A stretch of 38,386 bases of DNA from assembly GCA_018825365.1 (NCBI GenBank), contig JAHJEV010000003.1, positions 68,284 through 106,669 of the forward strand, read 5' to 3'. Shown piece after piece: positions 8,491 through 17,698 of this stretch (position 1 is the first letter of the stretch; every line of letters starts with the position of its first letter). The DNA comes from Patescibacteria group bacterium. GTDB lineage: Bacteria > Patescibacteriota > WWE3 > UBA101185 > UBA10185. The notes under the pieces were generated by a model. It made no database searches. It was not told where the DNA came from and saw only the letters and a program-made list of their open reading frames with translations. Both the position numbers and the translations under genes were made by a program.

Positions 8491-9063
8491 ATGCAAAAAG
8501 GTGACTATTTAACTACCATACTAAGATCAACTAAAACTGTCCTAACTCTTAAGGACATTGCTCTTTTATGGCAGGATTCTGATACCAACGCCGCAAGAGT
8601 CAGACTTAACTATTACGTTAGAAGGGGGCATTTGTGTCGTGTCCGAAGAGGTTTGTATTCCAAAGATAAAAACTACAACAAACTAGAGTTAGCAACCCGC
8701 ATATTCACCCCGTCCTACATTAGTTTTGAGACGGTTCTTGCAAAAGAAGGATTGGTGTTTCAATACCAAACCCAAATTACGGTTGCGTCCTATTTAACAA
8801 GAGAAATTATTATCGATAACCAAACCTACTCCTATAGAAGTATTAAAGAACCTGTGCTTATAAATACCTTGGGGGTTGAGCTTTCTGACGAAATATCAAT
8901 TGCTACCAAAGAGCGTGCCTTTTTAGATACTTTGTATATAAATACCGATTATCATTTTGACAACCTTAGATCCCTAAATTGGGATAAAGTATTTTCGATA
9001 TTACCAATATATAAAAACAAGCGTATGACCGGAACAGTTAATAAATTATTTAAGCAATCATGA
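8491..9063 (+). CDS. abiEi: Type IV toxin-antitoxin antitoxin, AbiEi family
   Basis: N-terminal wHTH ending RVRRGLY, PSYISFETVL, IATKERAFLDTLY; overlaps the toxin gene by ATGA. Confidence 0.88.
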   Translation: MQKGDYLTTILRSTKTVLTLKDIALLWQDSDTNAARVRLNYYVRRGHLCRVRRGLYSKDKNYNKLELATRIFTPSYISFETVLAKEGLVFQYQTQITVASYLTREIIIDNQTYSYRSIKEPVLINTLGVELSDEISIATKERAFLDTLYINTDYHFDNLRSLNWDKVFSILPIYKNKRMTGTVNKLFKQS

Positions 9064-9755
9064 CCTTAGACATATCTCTACATAAGACGATCCTGTTTCA
9101 GATTTTGAAGGACATTTATTCTGATACCACGATCTCACCTTTTTTAGGGTTTAAAGGTGGTACTGCGGCATTGATGTTTTACAAACTTGACCGCTTTTCT
9201 GTGGATCTTGATTTTGATCTGTTGGATGAAAGTAAAGAAGATGAGGTTTTTGCTAAAGTTTTAAAAATTGCTGCTAAGTACGGTACGATAAAAGAATCAT
9301 ATAAGAAACGCTATAACTTGTTTTGTTTAATATCCTATGAGGATAAGGCTCGCAATATTAAGGTGGAGATAAACCGCAGACAGTTTGGATCAAAGTACGA
9401 AATGAAAACCTATTTAGGTATATCGATGCTGACAATGGTTTCTGAGGATATGTTTGCACACAAATTAATGGCTATGTATGAGAGAATGGGAAAGACGAGC
9501 CGTGATATTTACGATGTTTGGTTTTTTCTGTCTAACCGTTTTCCAATTAATAAAGAGATTGTGGAAAAACGCTCCAATATGCCATTTAAACAACTGATTC
9601 AAACGTGTATTTTACAACTAGAGAAAATTAATAATAACCGTATACTGGAAGGGCTTGGGGAACTGTTAACACCGAATCAAAAAGACTGGGCTAAAGCCAA
9701 ACTAAAAGAGGAAACAATAGCCTTACTAAAACTTCGTATAGAAGCAGAAAAATAA
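9060..9755 (+). CDS. abiEii: Type IV toxin-antitoxin toxin, AbiEii/AbiGii nucleotidyltransferase
   Basis: FKGGTA...RFSVDLDF, IKVEIN, AHKLMA, RDIYD motifs. Confidence 0.92.
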   Translation: MTLDISLHKTILFQILKDIYSDTTISPFLGFKGGTAALMFYKLDRFSVDLDFDLLDESKEDEVFAKVLKIAAKYGTIKESYKKRYNLFCLISYEDKARNIKVEINRRQFGSKYEMKTYLGISMLTMVSEDMFAHKLMAMYERMGKTSRDIYDVWFFLSNRFPINKEIVEKRSNMPFKQLIQTCILQLEKINNNRILEGLGELLTPNQKDWAKAKLKEETIALLKLRIEAEK

Positions 9756-9816
9756 TATCTGATAAATAAATTCCGGTGGGTTTAGCAAATATGAAGTTGT
9801 TATAACAATAAAAGCG

Positions 9817-9845
9817 TGGTGGGCCAAGTGTCAGGATGTGCGAAC
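9817..9845 (+). repeat. 29-bp cassette-boundary motif, copy D, with extended left arm from 9777
   Basis: TGGTGGGCCAAGTGTCAGGATGTGCGAAC preceded by AGTTGTTATAACAATAAAAGCG, nearly the same as the sequence abutting tRNA-Leu(TAA). Confidence 0.9.
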
Positions 9846-9957
9846 CAGCTTTTTTTGTGACGTTAGTTATAAGCTGTGTCACTGCAAGTCTAGGATCGTC
9901 TTAAACTCAACCCACCCCCCTCAACCGTCCAATAAACTGCTAATATTATAATACTCA

Positions 9958-11826
9958 ATGAAAAAGCTTAAGAAAATAATACTGCGCATATTTTCTTTAC
10001 TTTTGCTGTTAGCTTTCAGCGCTATTTTAGTTCTTTATTCAATCTCTTATTTAATCCAATGGAATGATGACCGTGTTTCAAATAAAGGCGCAGAGGTTGT
10101 TAATGTTGAGGTAATAAGAAAAGATAATGTCTTGATCGGTCAAATAACAAACAAAGATGACGTCTCTTCAAAAAATCTTGAAGTTGGTTTAGACAACGAA
10201 GCACCTATTAATGTTAAGGAGGACGGTACATTCAGAATCGAGGATATAAATAAGGGAAATAAACACCTTTTCTATATAAATGGATCGCTCAGCAAAAAAA
10301 TCGGCTGGGCCAATGTTTCAGCTAAAAATAACAAAACCACTGCATTTATAGTAAAGCGTCCGTTGGTGGATTTTACATTTGGAGCAGATACTTATAATGA
10401 CAAAAGTTTGTATTCAGCAATAAATCACTGGTCTTTAGATCGAAGTGAGCTGTTTTACATAAATTCCACTATTGTTGCAAATATGCTAAGCACGTTTTCT
10501 GCGAGAGCCGCCTACAAAATCGATAAGGCGTTTTTTGGCCGTTCTACTCCATTTGTGGAATTAACGGGGTTTAATCAAAAGTACTTTACTCACCTTGATG
10601 ATCATGTGGAAGATAATCCAGAGGAGGAGTACACACTCAACGATATATATGGGTATACCTACGACAAAGCTGGGGTTCTTTGGATGATTACACCTATTGA
10701 TACTGTTGAATTTGCGAATCAGTTTAGAAATCTTTACGGTTCCGGGGCTATGAGATGTGAGGGATTTGCATTGTGGGATGTTGCTATGCTGAGAATTCTT
10801 GGATACGGCGTTGATGAAGTTATTGTAGGTTCATTTAGAGGGTCGGTGGGTCATGTAGCCGTTATTGTTAATACATCTTTAGGAGCAAATTATTTACTCT
10901 CAAATCAGTATTTGTTTGACAAAGGTGGTGAGGCTGCCCCTGGTACTTCTAGGTTATATGGAGATCTTAAGCAAGCTGAAAATTTTGTGGTGGAAGACAC
11001 CGGTATAGATACTTTTGCTAATGATTTTTATAACGTTTTCACGCCCGAAGCTATTGTTAACAATATGCCTGTTGAAACCTTAAAAGACTATTATGATGTT
11101 TTCTCCGAAATGATAGGTCGCCAAGTTCCATTAGTAGAAAAAGAGGAAGATTACAACAAAAAGATCAAAGACGAACCTACAATATCAATTGAGGATTACT
11201 TAAAGCAATATACACAAAGTACCAGCAACCCGTACCCTGAAATAGACACGTCGATTTACTTAAATGGAAATTGGGTTACTTACCATAACACTCTTCAAAA
11301 AGAGATTTGGGAACTAGCTTCTTTATACCCCAAGAATTCCCCGTATGTATTAGCTAAATACAATAACCGATCGCTTTTTGTGTCGAGGCCGGAACTGTAC
11401 GCACAAGTTTCTTTGAAAGGAAACAAAGTTATTGATTTGGCAAAGACTGTTAGGTCCCCCAATGCGATACTTGCTTGGATTAGCAAAAACGTAAATATGC
11501 CGGTTTATACGGAAAACACTCAAATAATGCTTGCTGATGAGCCAATTGTTTTTTCTGCAGGAAGACCTCAGGATAAGGCTATGTTGGCTTTTACCTTGTT
11601 AAAATTGAACAACTACGAAGCAGAAATAGTAATCGCAGAGGATACAAGTTACGTATTATTTAAAGAGGGTGGGAAGGTAAAAGTTTGGGACATGGCTACA
11701 TTAAGCGAAACCGGGATCATAGCTGATAGAGTGCATATTGTGTTTAATGAAAGTAAAACCTACTACCCCAACGCAAACCGTTTTGACGAAATGCCTATCA
11801 ATTTTGTAGAATTAACCAAGAAATGA
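9958..11826 (+). CDS. Membrane-anchored protein with transglutaminase/papain-like domain(s)
   Basis: N-terminal TM helix, beta-rich Ig-like segment, GAMRCEGFA...LRILGY...GHVAV (Cys/His); second degenerate copy GRPQDKAMLAFTLLK. Confidence 0.65.
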   Translation: MKKLKKIILRIFSLLLLLAFSAILVLYSISYLIQWNDDRVSNKGAEVVNVEVIRKDNVLIGQITNKDDVSSKNLEVGLDNEAPINVKEDGTFRIEDINKGNKHLFYINGSLSKKIGWANVSAKNNKTTAFIVKRPLVDFTFGADTYNDKSLYSAINHWSLDRSELFYINSTIVANMLSTFSARAAYKIDKAFFGRSTPFVELTGFNQKYFTHLDDHVEDNPEEEYTLNDIYGYTYDKAGVLWMITPIDTVEFANQFRNLYGSGAMRCEGFALWDVAMLRILGYGVDEVIVGSFRGSVGHVAVIVNTSLGANYLLSNQYLFDKGGEAAPGTSRLYGDLKQAENFVVEDTGIDTFANDFYNVFTPEAIVNNMPVETLKDYYDVFSEMIGRQVPLVEKEEDYNKKIKDEPTISIEDYLKQYTQSTSNPYPEIDTSIYLNGNWVTYHNTLQKEIWELASLYPKNSPYVLAKYNNRSLFVSRPELYAQVSLKGNKVIDLAKTVRSPNAILAWISKNVNMPVYTENTQIMLADEPIVFSAGRPQDKAMLAFTLLKLNNYEAEIVIAEDTSYVLFKEGGKVKVWDMATLSETGIIADRVHIVFNESKTYYPNANRFDEMPINFVELTKK

Positions 11827-13289
11827 AATATACCAGGGGTGTTATCTATGTGCTTCTGTTTTCGCTTCCTATCCTTTTGATCGGATGCTTCCCTTCTGTA
11901 TTTGCCATGAAATCTAAAACGGACACCACGCCTGAAACCACAATTAAAAATCAAATAGTCTTGATTGATGGAGTACCTTTTTTCTGTAAAGATGCGAAGG
12001 ATGCTCAAGAAAAAGCTGACGCACTCTTTAAGCTTTATACGGAAACAGAGTGGGATGACCCGGCTGCCGCAGTTGCGGCAAGGCAAGGTGCCTCCAGTAT
12101 GATTCAAAGTGGCTACGTTTCCCCGGAACATAGGAGTGCTAACACGCCGGTTGCCTCGACGGTTTTTAATGCTGATCCGATAACTAGCAATACTGGTAAC
12201 TTTGGACCGGCAATCACAAGCATCCTACCGGGTAAGTCGATTAATTTGGGTGATACGGACGTGGCTAAGGGAATCGGTAATTCGGCGATTGGCATAGCTA
12301 CAACCAAACTAATTGTTGATGCGGCTAATAAACAAGCAGTTGCGTCAGGTGCCCTTCCCCAAGTGAGTCAGGCTGCACTAAGCGACGTCGCCAAACTTAC
12401 GGGAAAAATAAACACTGTAGCAACTGCGGTAGATATTTCAACCGCGGGGTTAGCCTATATACAGGCAAACGAGGCCTTTATTAAAAGTGGTCAGCCGGCG
12501 GCAGACCCGAAAACGGGCACACCAAATCTCCTATATGTAGATGCATCTAATAAACTAATGGATTTGGCAGCTGCAGTAGCCCCAGTGTATTACACACCAG
12601 TATTTAATATTATGAAAGATGCCGGCCAAGGTGTCGCCACTTTACAAATCGGTCAGTCGCCGACAACTGGAATTGGAAAAGCCGAACATAAAGTATTAAA
12701 GCTTTTTTCGAACTATGCTATAACAGATGCTGAAAAAGCAGCCGTAGGACTCAGCTCAAATGAGAAAGTGACACCACCATGCTATGGCCCCAGCGCTCCT
12801 GGGTGTATTAAGCGCTTGGCTATTGCAACTAAATGTCCCCTAAATTTTATAGTGACAGCGCCAGATGGAAAAAAAGCCGGTGTCGATCCCACAACCAAAA
12901 AAGTGGTGGAAGAAATACCGGGCTCTTTTGTTCTTGATGCAGATAACTATAATGTTGATAGCCAGATAGTTTACCTGCCGGCACTGCAATCAGGTGACTA
13001 TCAAATCACGGCAACGGGGTTTGGAAAAGGAGATTACAATCTATACTACAAAACGTTTGACGCCGACGGAAACGTGCTGACTAGCCAACAATCTAAAGGA
13101 AAGATCAGTAATGGCGAAGTATTGGGAGCGAAATTTAACCCAAATGCGGACAGTTTAGCACGAGATAGCGAAAAAATTGTTTTTGTAAAAGATGTGATTT
13201 ATAAATATATTCTTCCATCAGCTGGTTTTGTACTGATTGTGCTTGTCGTTTCATTTTTAGCTTTTCGGAAAAAGAGAAAAAGATTGTAA
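11823..13289 (+). CDS. Exported surface protein with C-terminal TM anchor and basic tail
   Basis: Signal-like N-terminus, Ala/Gly/Thr-rich middle, CPLNFIVTAPDGKKAG beta-sandwich domain, TM followed by RKKRKRL. ATGA overlap with the upstream gene. Confidence 0.7.
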   Translation: MKYTRGVIYVLLFSLPILLIGCFPSVFAMKSKTDTTPETTIKNQIVLIDGVPFFCKDAKDAQEKADALFKLYTETEWDDPAAAVAARQGASSMIQSGYVSPEHRSANTPVASTVFNADPITSNTGNFGPAITSILPGKSINLGDTDVAKGIGNSAIGIATTKLIVDAANKQAVASGALPQVSQAALSDVAKLTGKINTVATAVDISTAGLAYIQANEAFIKSGQPAADPKTGTPNLLYVDASNKLMDLAAAVAPVYYTPVFNIMKDAGQGVATLQIGQSPTTGIGKAEHKVLKLFSNYAITDAEKAAVGLSSNEKVTPPCYGPSAPGCIKRLAIATKCPLNFIVTAPDGKKAGVDPTTKKVVEEIPGSFVLDADNYNVDSQIVYLPALQSGDYQITATGFGKGDYNLYYKTFDADGNVLTSQQSKGKISNGEVLGAKFNPNADSLARDSEKIVFVKDVIYKYILPSAGFVLIVLVVSFLAFRKKRKRL

Positions 13290-13293
13290 TTTT

Positions 13294-13322
13294 AATAGGA
13301 TAGCTCGTCGCGATGTGCGAAC
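13294..13322 (+). repeat. Degenerate cassette-boundary motif, copy E (right arm intact)
   Basis: AATAGGATAGCTCGTCGCGATGTGCGAAC; the last 11 nt match the consensus exactly; sits between two cassettes. Confidence 0.65.
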
Positions 13323-13389
13323 TACCTTGACAAAAATAAATGTTAGTATGTTATCATTTTGAAGAGTGGGAATGACATTTTTTAACTAG

Positions 13390-14076
13390 ATGTTTAAAAA
13401 TAAAGAAAATACAGGTAACAAAACAGTAAGGGAAATGAGTTTAAAAACTGTTATTGGGTATATCTTCAACGCACTCATCCTGATTTTTTTCATCTTTTCA
13501 GGAGTTGTAACAGTTAAAGCGGGCCAGTTGGTTGTTGGTATACTCTATTATGTTTTAGCTGCCCTGGTCGTTGTGCCTCACCACCGCCTAAGAGTCACTA
13601 AATCTTTAAAATTTGTAATTCTCGTTATACTTTTCTTTATACTTACCATAATAAGTGGTGTTAATAACACACCTGATAAACAAAAGTATGACTATTTTAC
13701 CTTAGCGCAGGAATTTAATCTAAAATATGGAGGTAATACATACTCAATTGTGGTTAAAGATGTGCGACAGGAGACCAAAATTATCGTACAACAAAAAGAG
13801 GTAACCACATCCGGTTATTTTCTCATTGTTCGGGCGGATATTGTGAATCTTGGATCGGAATCCATAGATTTTAAGCTCGGAAAAAATCCCGAGTTAATAG
13901 ATAACCAGGATAGACGCTATACTTTATATGGCTCAAATATACCTGCGGGAAAATTGCAACCTAGTGTGGCTAAGGAGGTTTCCTATTTTTTTGAAATACC
14001 CAAGGATGCATCAGGCTTAAAATTTATCATTAAAGATGGATCTGTAGTTGCTAAATCTATAGATCTGAAAAGATAA
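13390..14076 (+). CDS. Membrane protein with DUF4352-like Ig-fold domain
   Basis: Three N-terminal hydrophobic helices, then GYFLIVRADIVNLG...LIDNQDRRY...LQPSV...FEIPKDA. Confidence 0.75.
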   Translation: MFKNKENTGNKTVREMSLKTVIGYIFNALILIFFIFSGVVTVKAGQLVVGILYYVLAALVVVPHHRLRVTKSLKFVILVILFFILTIISGVNNTPDKQKYDYFTLAQEFNLKYGGNTYSIVVKDVRQETKIIVQQKEVTTSGYFLIVRADIVNLGSESIDFKLGKNPELIDNQDRRYTLYGSNIPAGKLQPSVAKEVSYFFEIPKDASGLKFIIKDGSVVAKSIDLKR

Positions 14077-14218
14077 TCATACTGCTTTTCATCCGAGTCG
14101 TTAAATTTTCCTAGAAAAATAGTTGGATACTTGGTAGAGGTCGTGATTTAGTGGTTAGTTATTGGGAAAAAGTTTGAACCTTCGAACTACTTTATTTTGT
14201 TATAAAAACAAAAAGCCG

Positions 14219-14301
14219 TGGTGGGCGAGAGAGGACTCGAACCTCCAACCTTTCGGATACGGTCCTAAGCCGTACGCGTATGCCAATTCCGCCACTCGCC
14301 C
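14219..14301 (-). tRNA. tRNA-Leu(TAG)
   Basis: GGGCGAG/CTCGCCC acceptor stem, TACGG-CT-TAG-GA-CCGTA anticodon arm, long variable arm, GGTTCGAGTCC, encoded ACCA. Confidence 0.97.
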
Positions 14302-14398
14302 AAAATATAAGTAATTATAGCAAACAAAAAGACCCGCTTCCGCGAGCCCTCCTGTATAAACTAAATAATTTCTAACTAACCTTTAATTTCTTTAAGAG

Positions 14399-14992
14399 TT
14401 ATCCTAAGAACGAAACTCCAGTTCCGCCACTCTTGCAAGCATCAATCCTACTTATAAAGTAATTAACTCCGTTCCTCCAGTTAACATAGTTTGGAGGAGT
14501 ATATACTGGTGCAATCTTTTCCGGAGTATTTAGCCCCTTACTTGTATAGTTATCTCTTATACCCTTAGCAACTGTGTCAATAGCCTCATCATATGATTTA
14601 AAGTAAATTGCATTTTTACCATATATACCCCATCCGAAAGGATTGTAGGAACCTTCAATCAAAAACTTACCGCAAGTTGACTCCATACAAGAAATAGCCG
14701 GTAACAATCTGTAGTCCAGATTGTATTTATCAGCGACATCAACAAACGTTGCAGCATTTGCCTTTAATGGAGATTTAAGCTTTGTGAAAAACTTCTCCAA
14801 AGCTTCTATTCTCTCTTCCCTGCTTTTCTTGATCTGAGCATCTATAAGTCTTGCCTCAGCTGTTTTTACCGTCCTTTCGCTGTCTAACCCACTTTTATTA
14901 TCGGGTGAATTAGGCTTTGAGGTTGCAGTAACAAGGAAAATCAGGATTAAAGGCAAAATATTAACTTGTGCAAACAAGTTTCTTTTTGCCAT
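14399..14992 (-). CDS. Lysozyme-like / glucosaminidase-domain exported protein
   Basis: N-terminal TM; DYRLLPAISCMESTCGK...NPFGWG...YTPP. Start at ATG 14992 (TAAAAT 7 nt upstream). Confidence 0.75.
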   Translation of the reverse strand: MAKRNLFAQVNILPLILIFLVTATSKPNSPDNKSGLDSERTVKTAEARLIDAQIKKSREERIEALEKFFTKLKSPLKANAATFVDVADKYNLDYRLLPAISCMESTCGKFLIEGSYNPFGWGIYGKNAIYFKSYDEAIDTVAKGIRDNYTSKGLNTPEKIAPVYTPPNYVNWRNGVNYFISRIDACKSGGTGVSFLG

Positions 14993-15225
14993 AGGGGTTA
15001 TTTTACCAGAATTTAGGCTATTTATCAAACGCTATAGGGTCATGGAAATAAGGCGAAAAACGTATAGAAAACGTCTAAAAGATATAAAAAACACCTCGTT
15101 GCGTGTAGCATTGAGGTGTTGTTGCAAAACTATTTGTTGATGGTGATTGTACATAGGTGTCAGTTTTCTGTCAACAGCTATGGGATATGAATTATAATTC
15201 CTTACCACAGATTGGGGTGTGAGGT

Positions 15226-16017
15226 TTAATTCTGAGGAGTTTTGTAGTCTTTTATAAGATCCGCAAAATGCTGTACCCCGTTGCACCAGGAGCCGTTTGA
15301 TGGTGGAGTGTATACCTTCATAATCTCACAAACATCAGTTACTCCCCTTGATATGAACTGGTCATATAAGTAGTTTGAGACCGTTCCTATTCCTTTTTCA
15401 TAGCTATCAAATGATCTTACTGTATTTCCGTATACTGCCCAGCCCCATGCGTTGTAAGTTTCTTTTCCTTCAACTTTGGGAGTGTTTTTTCCACAGCTTG
15501 ATTCCTGAAATGCAATTGATGCGGCAAGCCACCAGGGAATATTGCTTTTATCAGCTTCGTAAACAAACGACTCCCCCAATCCTTCCATCGGACACTTAAA
15601 CATTCTAAATACTTCGTTTATTCTTTGAGCTCTTGAATCTTTAGCATAGATGGTACTTGTGGCTTCGGATAATGTCAGGGGTTCTGATGCGTATATTGCA
15701 TACCTTCTTGTGTCTTCCGGCCTTGCTTTTGTGGGGGTGATCATGACTGATATTAAAAATGAGAATATAAATACAACGGACAATGATGCCCAAGCGGTGG
15801 CTGCGTCTCTTCCGAGATTTTTTCCTTTAACTTTGTTTCTTATCTTTGTTAAGATGTTTTCCCTTTGCTGTTTTTTATCTGAAATTTCTTCTTTTGTTTC
15901 AAAAATTGAGGCTACAACATCAATATTACCCTTCTTGGAATTCAAGATTGATTTCGGTTCAGCTTGTTTTAAAGTCTTTCCGTTTTTGGTGAAGAACTTT
16001 TTAGGTTTTGCATGCAT
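15226..16017 (-). CDS. Lysozyme-like / glucosaminidase-domain membrane protein, paralogue of the neighbour
   Basis: TM helix; PWWLAASIAFQESSCGK...NAWGWA...YTPP. Confidence 0.75.
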   Translation of the reverse strand: MHAKPKKFFTKNGKTLKQAEPKSILNSKKGNIDVVASIFETKEEISDKKQQRENILTKIRNKVKGKNLGRDAATAWASLSVVFIFSFLISVMITPTKARPEDTRRYAIYASEPLTLSEATSTIYAKDSRAQRINEVFRMFKCPMEGLGESFVYEADKSNIPWWLAASIAFQESSCGKNTPKVEGKETYNAWGWAVYGNTVRSFDSYEKGIGTVSNYLYDQFISRGVTDVCEIMKVYTPPSNGSWCNGVQHFADLIKDYKTPQN

Positions 16018-16185
16018 TGTTTAAATACATTAACACATGTTTTGAAGAAGATTCAAGATGACAAAATTACCGGTAGCGTTTGGCATGTCTTATATGGCTG
16101 TGTTGTTGGAGTGGTTCGAAGTGAATAACCTCCTATAGTGTGTTAGAATGTTTCTAATTCAAACAAAAAGGAAAAGGAGAGAAAA

Positions 16186-16524
16186 ATGGAAAAGAAAGTT
16201 AACCTTGTGTATAGCGTCGCATTTTTGGTTATACCACTTTTGCTAACGGGGATTATTTACGGAGAGCTGTTAATTTGGGGGTATTATGGTCCAATCGCTT
16301 TCGGCTTGACACTCCTTATTAGCTTTCTGGTCTTTTTAGCAGCCATGGTGATCGCCATTGGAGTGTGGTCTCTAACAAGGCTCTCAGAAGAATATGGGAA
16401 AGTAACCAAATCGGCCAGATTTTTCACAAATGCCTCAACAATCTTGGGGGTTTTAGCAATACTTCAGTTTGTCCCGATGATTCTGAGGGGTATCTGGCTT
16501 CTATTTGGCCTATTTTTCAGTTAG
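16186..16524 (+). CDS. Orphan 3-TM membrane protein
   Basis: 112-aa hydrophobic ORF with strong SD AAAAGGAGAG and a downstream terminator. Confidence 0.75.
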   Translation: MEKKVNLVYSVAFLVIPLLLTGIIYGELLIWGYYGPIAFGLTLLISFLVFLAAMVIAIGVWSLTRLSEEYGKVTKSARFFTNASTILGVLAILQFVPMILRGIWLLFGLFFS

Positions 16525-16546
16525 ATGTCGTTTGGAATCACGTTTG

Positions 16547-16585
16547 ACCGCAGTTTAGTGATTTACTCACAGAGCTGCGGTTTTT
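16547..16585 (+). terminator. Intrinsic terminator
   Basis: ACCGCAG...CTGCGGT stem followed by a T-run, between convergent genes. Confidence 0.75.
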
Positions 16586-17696
16586 ATTTTATTTCGCCGA
16601 CACCGACTACCGAATTTACGATATGAAATACTGCATATTGTCCCGGAGTTACTGCCAACTGTGGTTTTACAAAAACCAGCTTGTACAAGACTCTGCCACC
16701 AGTATTTTTATCTTTTATAATCACCGCACTTGCGGGCTTGTGTTGGTATCTGATTTTTACTTTAACTTTTATCCCCTCTTTCTTACCAGCTTGTTTTTCA
16801 AAAATACCATTGGCAAATAAAACACTTATTAAATCAATTTCCTTTTTAAGCACGTCCGATTTTTTTGTTGAAACCACTAACTCATTTGTTTTCACATTTT
16901 TCTCAACAACAAAATAGGGTCCTCCGCTAAGCCCCATATTTTTTCTCTGCCCTATTGTGTAATTTGCAAGACCATTGTGTTTTCCTAAAGTTTTTCCTTG
17001 TTTGTTTATTATTAAACCTTTTTTTACTCCAATTTCTTTTTCAACAAAACTTTTAAGTGACTTTTCGGAAACAAAACAAAAATCCTGGCTTTGAGCCAAC
17101 TTCAAATAAAAATCCAAATCTTCTTCCACCGCCATTTGATAAACTTCTTCCTTAGTTAAATTTGATAAGGGAAATATTATATTTGGCAACCATTCCTGAG
17201 GAAGCAAAGCCAAATAATAAGTCTGGTCTTTTTTCTTATCCTTTGGTTTTGAAATAAAAAGACCCCCAAGTTTTTTGCTTTTGGTTATCTTTGCGTAGTG
17301 TCCGGTTGCTACGTATTCAATTTCATTTTTCTTTGCGTATTTGAACAACTCTAAAAACTTAAGATATCGGTTGCAAATAATACAGGGATTTGGAGTTTTT
17401 GCTGATTTTAAAGTTTCGGTAAAGTATTTAATAACCTTTTCATGGAAATTCTCCCCTACTTTAAGCGTCACGTGCTTACAACTATACTTCATGCAAACTT
17501 TTTGAGCAGTTTTTATTGATTCATCTGTGCAACATGAGTTTTCTCTTACGTTGTTACAGGAATTTTCCCAGGTTCCGAATTTAAGTGACACACCAACCGG
17601 ATTCCAGCCATTTTTCTTAAGTAAAATTAGGGAGATTGAGGAGTCTATTCCGCCGGACATTCCAACAACTATTTTTCTGCCCTTTCCTTTTTCCAT
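16584..17696 (-). CDS. mnmA: tRNA-specific 2-thiouridylase MnmA
   Basis: MSGGIDS PP-loop, TPNPCIICN, ATGHYA, KDQTYYL, SQDFCF, TIGQRK, TPGQ. Confidence 0.97.
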   Translation of the reverse strand: MEKGKGRKIVVGMSGGIDSSISLILLKKNGWNPVGVSLKFGTWENSCNNVRENSCCTDESIKTAQKVCMKYSCKHVTLKVGENFHEKVIKYFTETLKSAKTPNPCIICNRYLKFLELFKYAKKNEIEYVATGHYAKITKSKKLGGLFISKPKDKKKDQTYYLALLPQEWLPNIIFPLSNLTKEEVYQMAVEEDLDFYLKLAQSQDFCFVSEKSLKSFVEKEIGVKKGLIINKQGKTLGKHNGLANYTIGQRKNMGLSGGPYFVVEKNVKTNELVVSTKKSDVLKKEIDLISVLFANGIFEKQAGKKEGIKVKVKIRYQHKPASAVIIKDKNTGGRVLYKLVFVKPQLAVTPGQYAVFHIVNSVVGVGEIK

Positions 17697-17698
17697 GC

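Larger units (their letters stand above)
3024..14218. mobile_element. Accessory cassette array / genomic island downstream of tRNA-Leu(TAG)
   Basis: Bounded by the tRNA and its direct-repeat copy, and divided internally by five copies of the 29-bp motif. Cargo is defence and surface genes. No integrase seen. Accessory genes continue to the left of 3024. Confidence 0.75.

Noticed and set aside
3174-13322. 29-bp repeats as a CRISPR array
   Set aside because: Intervals are 1.5-3.5 kb and contain whole genes; no cas genes seen.
14151-14190. GTGGTTAGTTATTGGGAAAAAGTTTGAACC / TTCGAACTAC as another motif copy
   Set aside because: Position is suggestive but only the terminal GAAC and scattered bases match; not distinguishable from chance by eye.
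1-14218. Prophage or autonomous ICE
   Set aside because: No integrase, capsid, terminase, relaxase or T4SS genes; the ATPase motifs fit HerA/DUF87 rather than a conjugation cluster.
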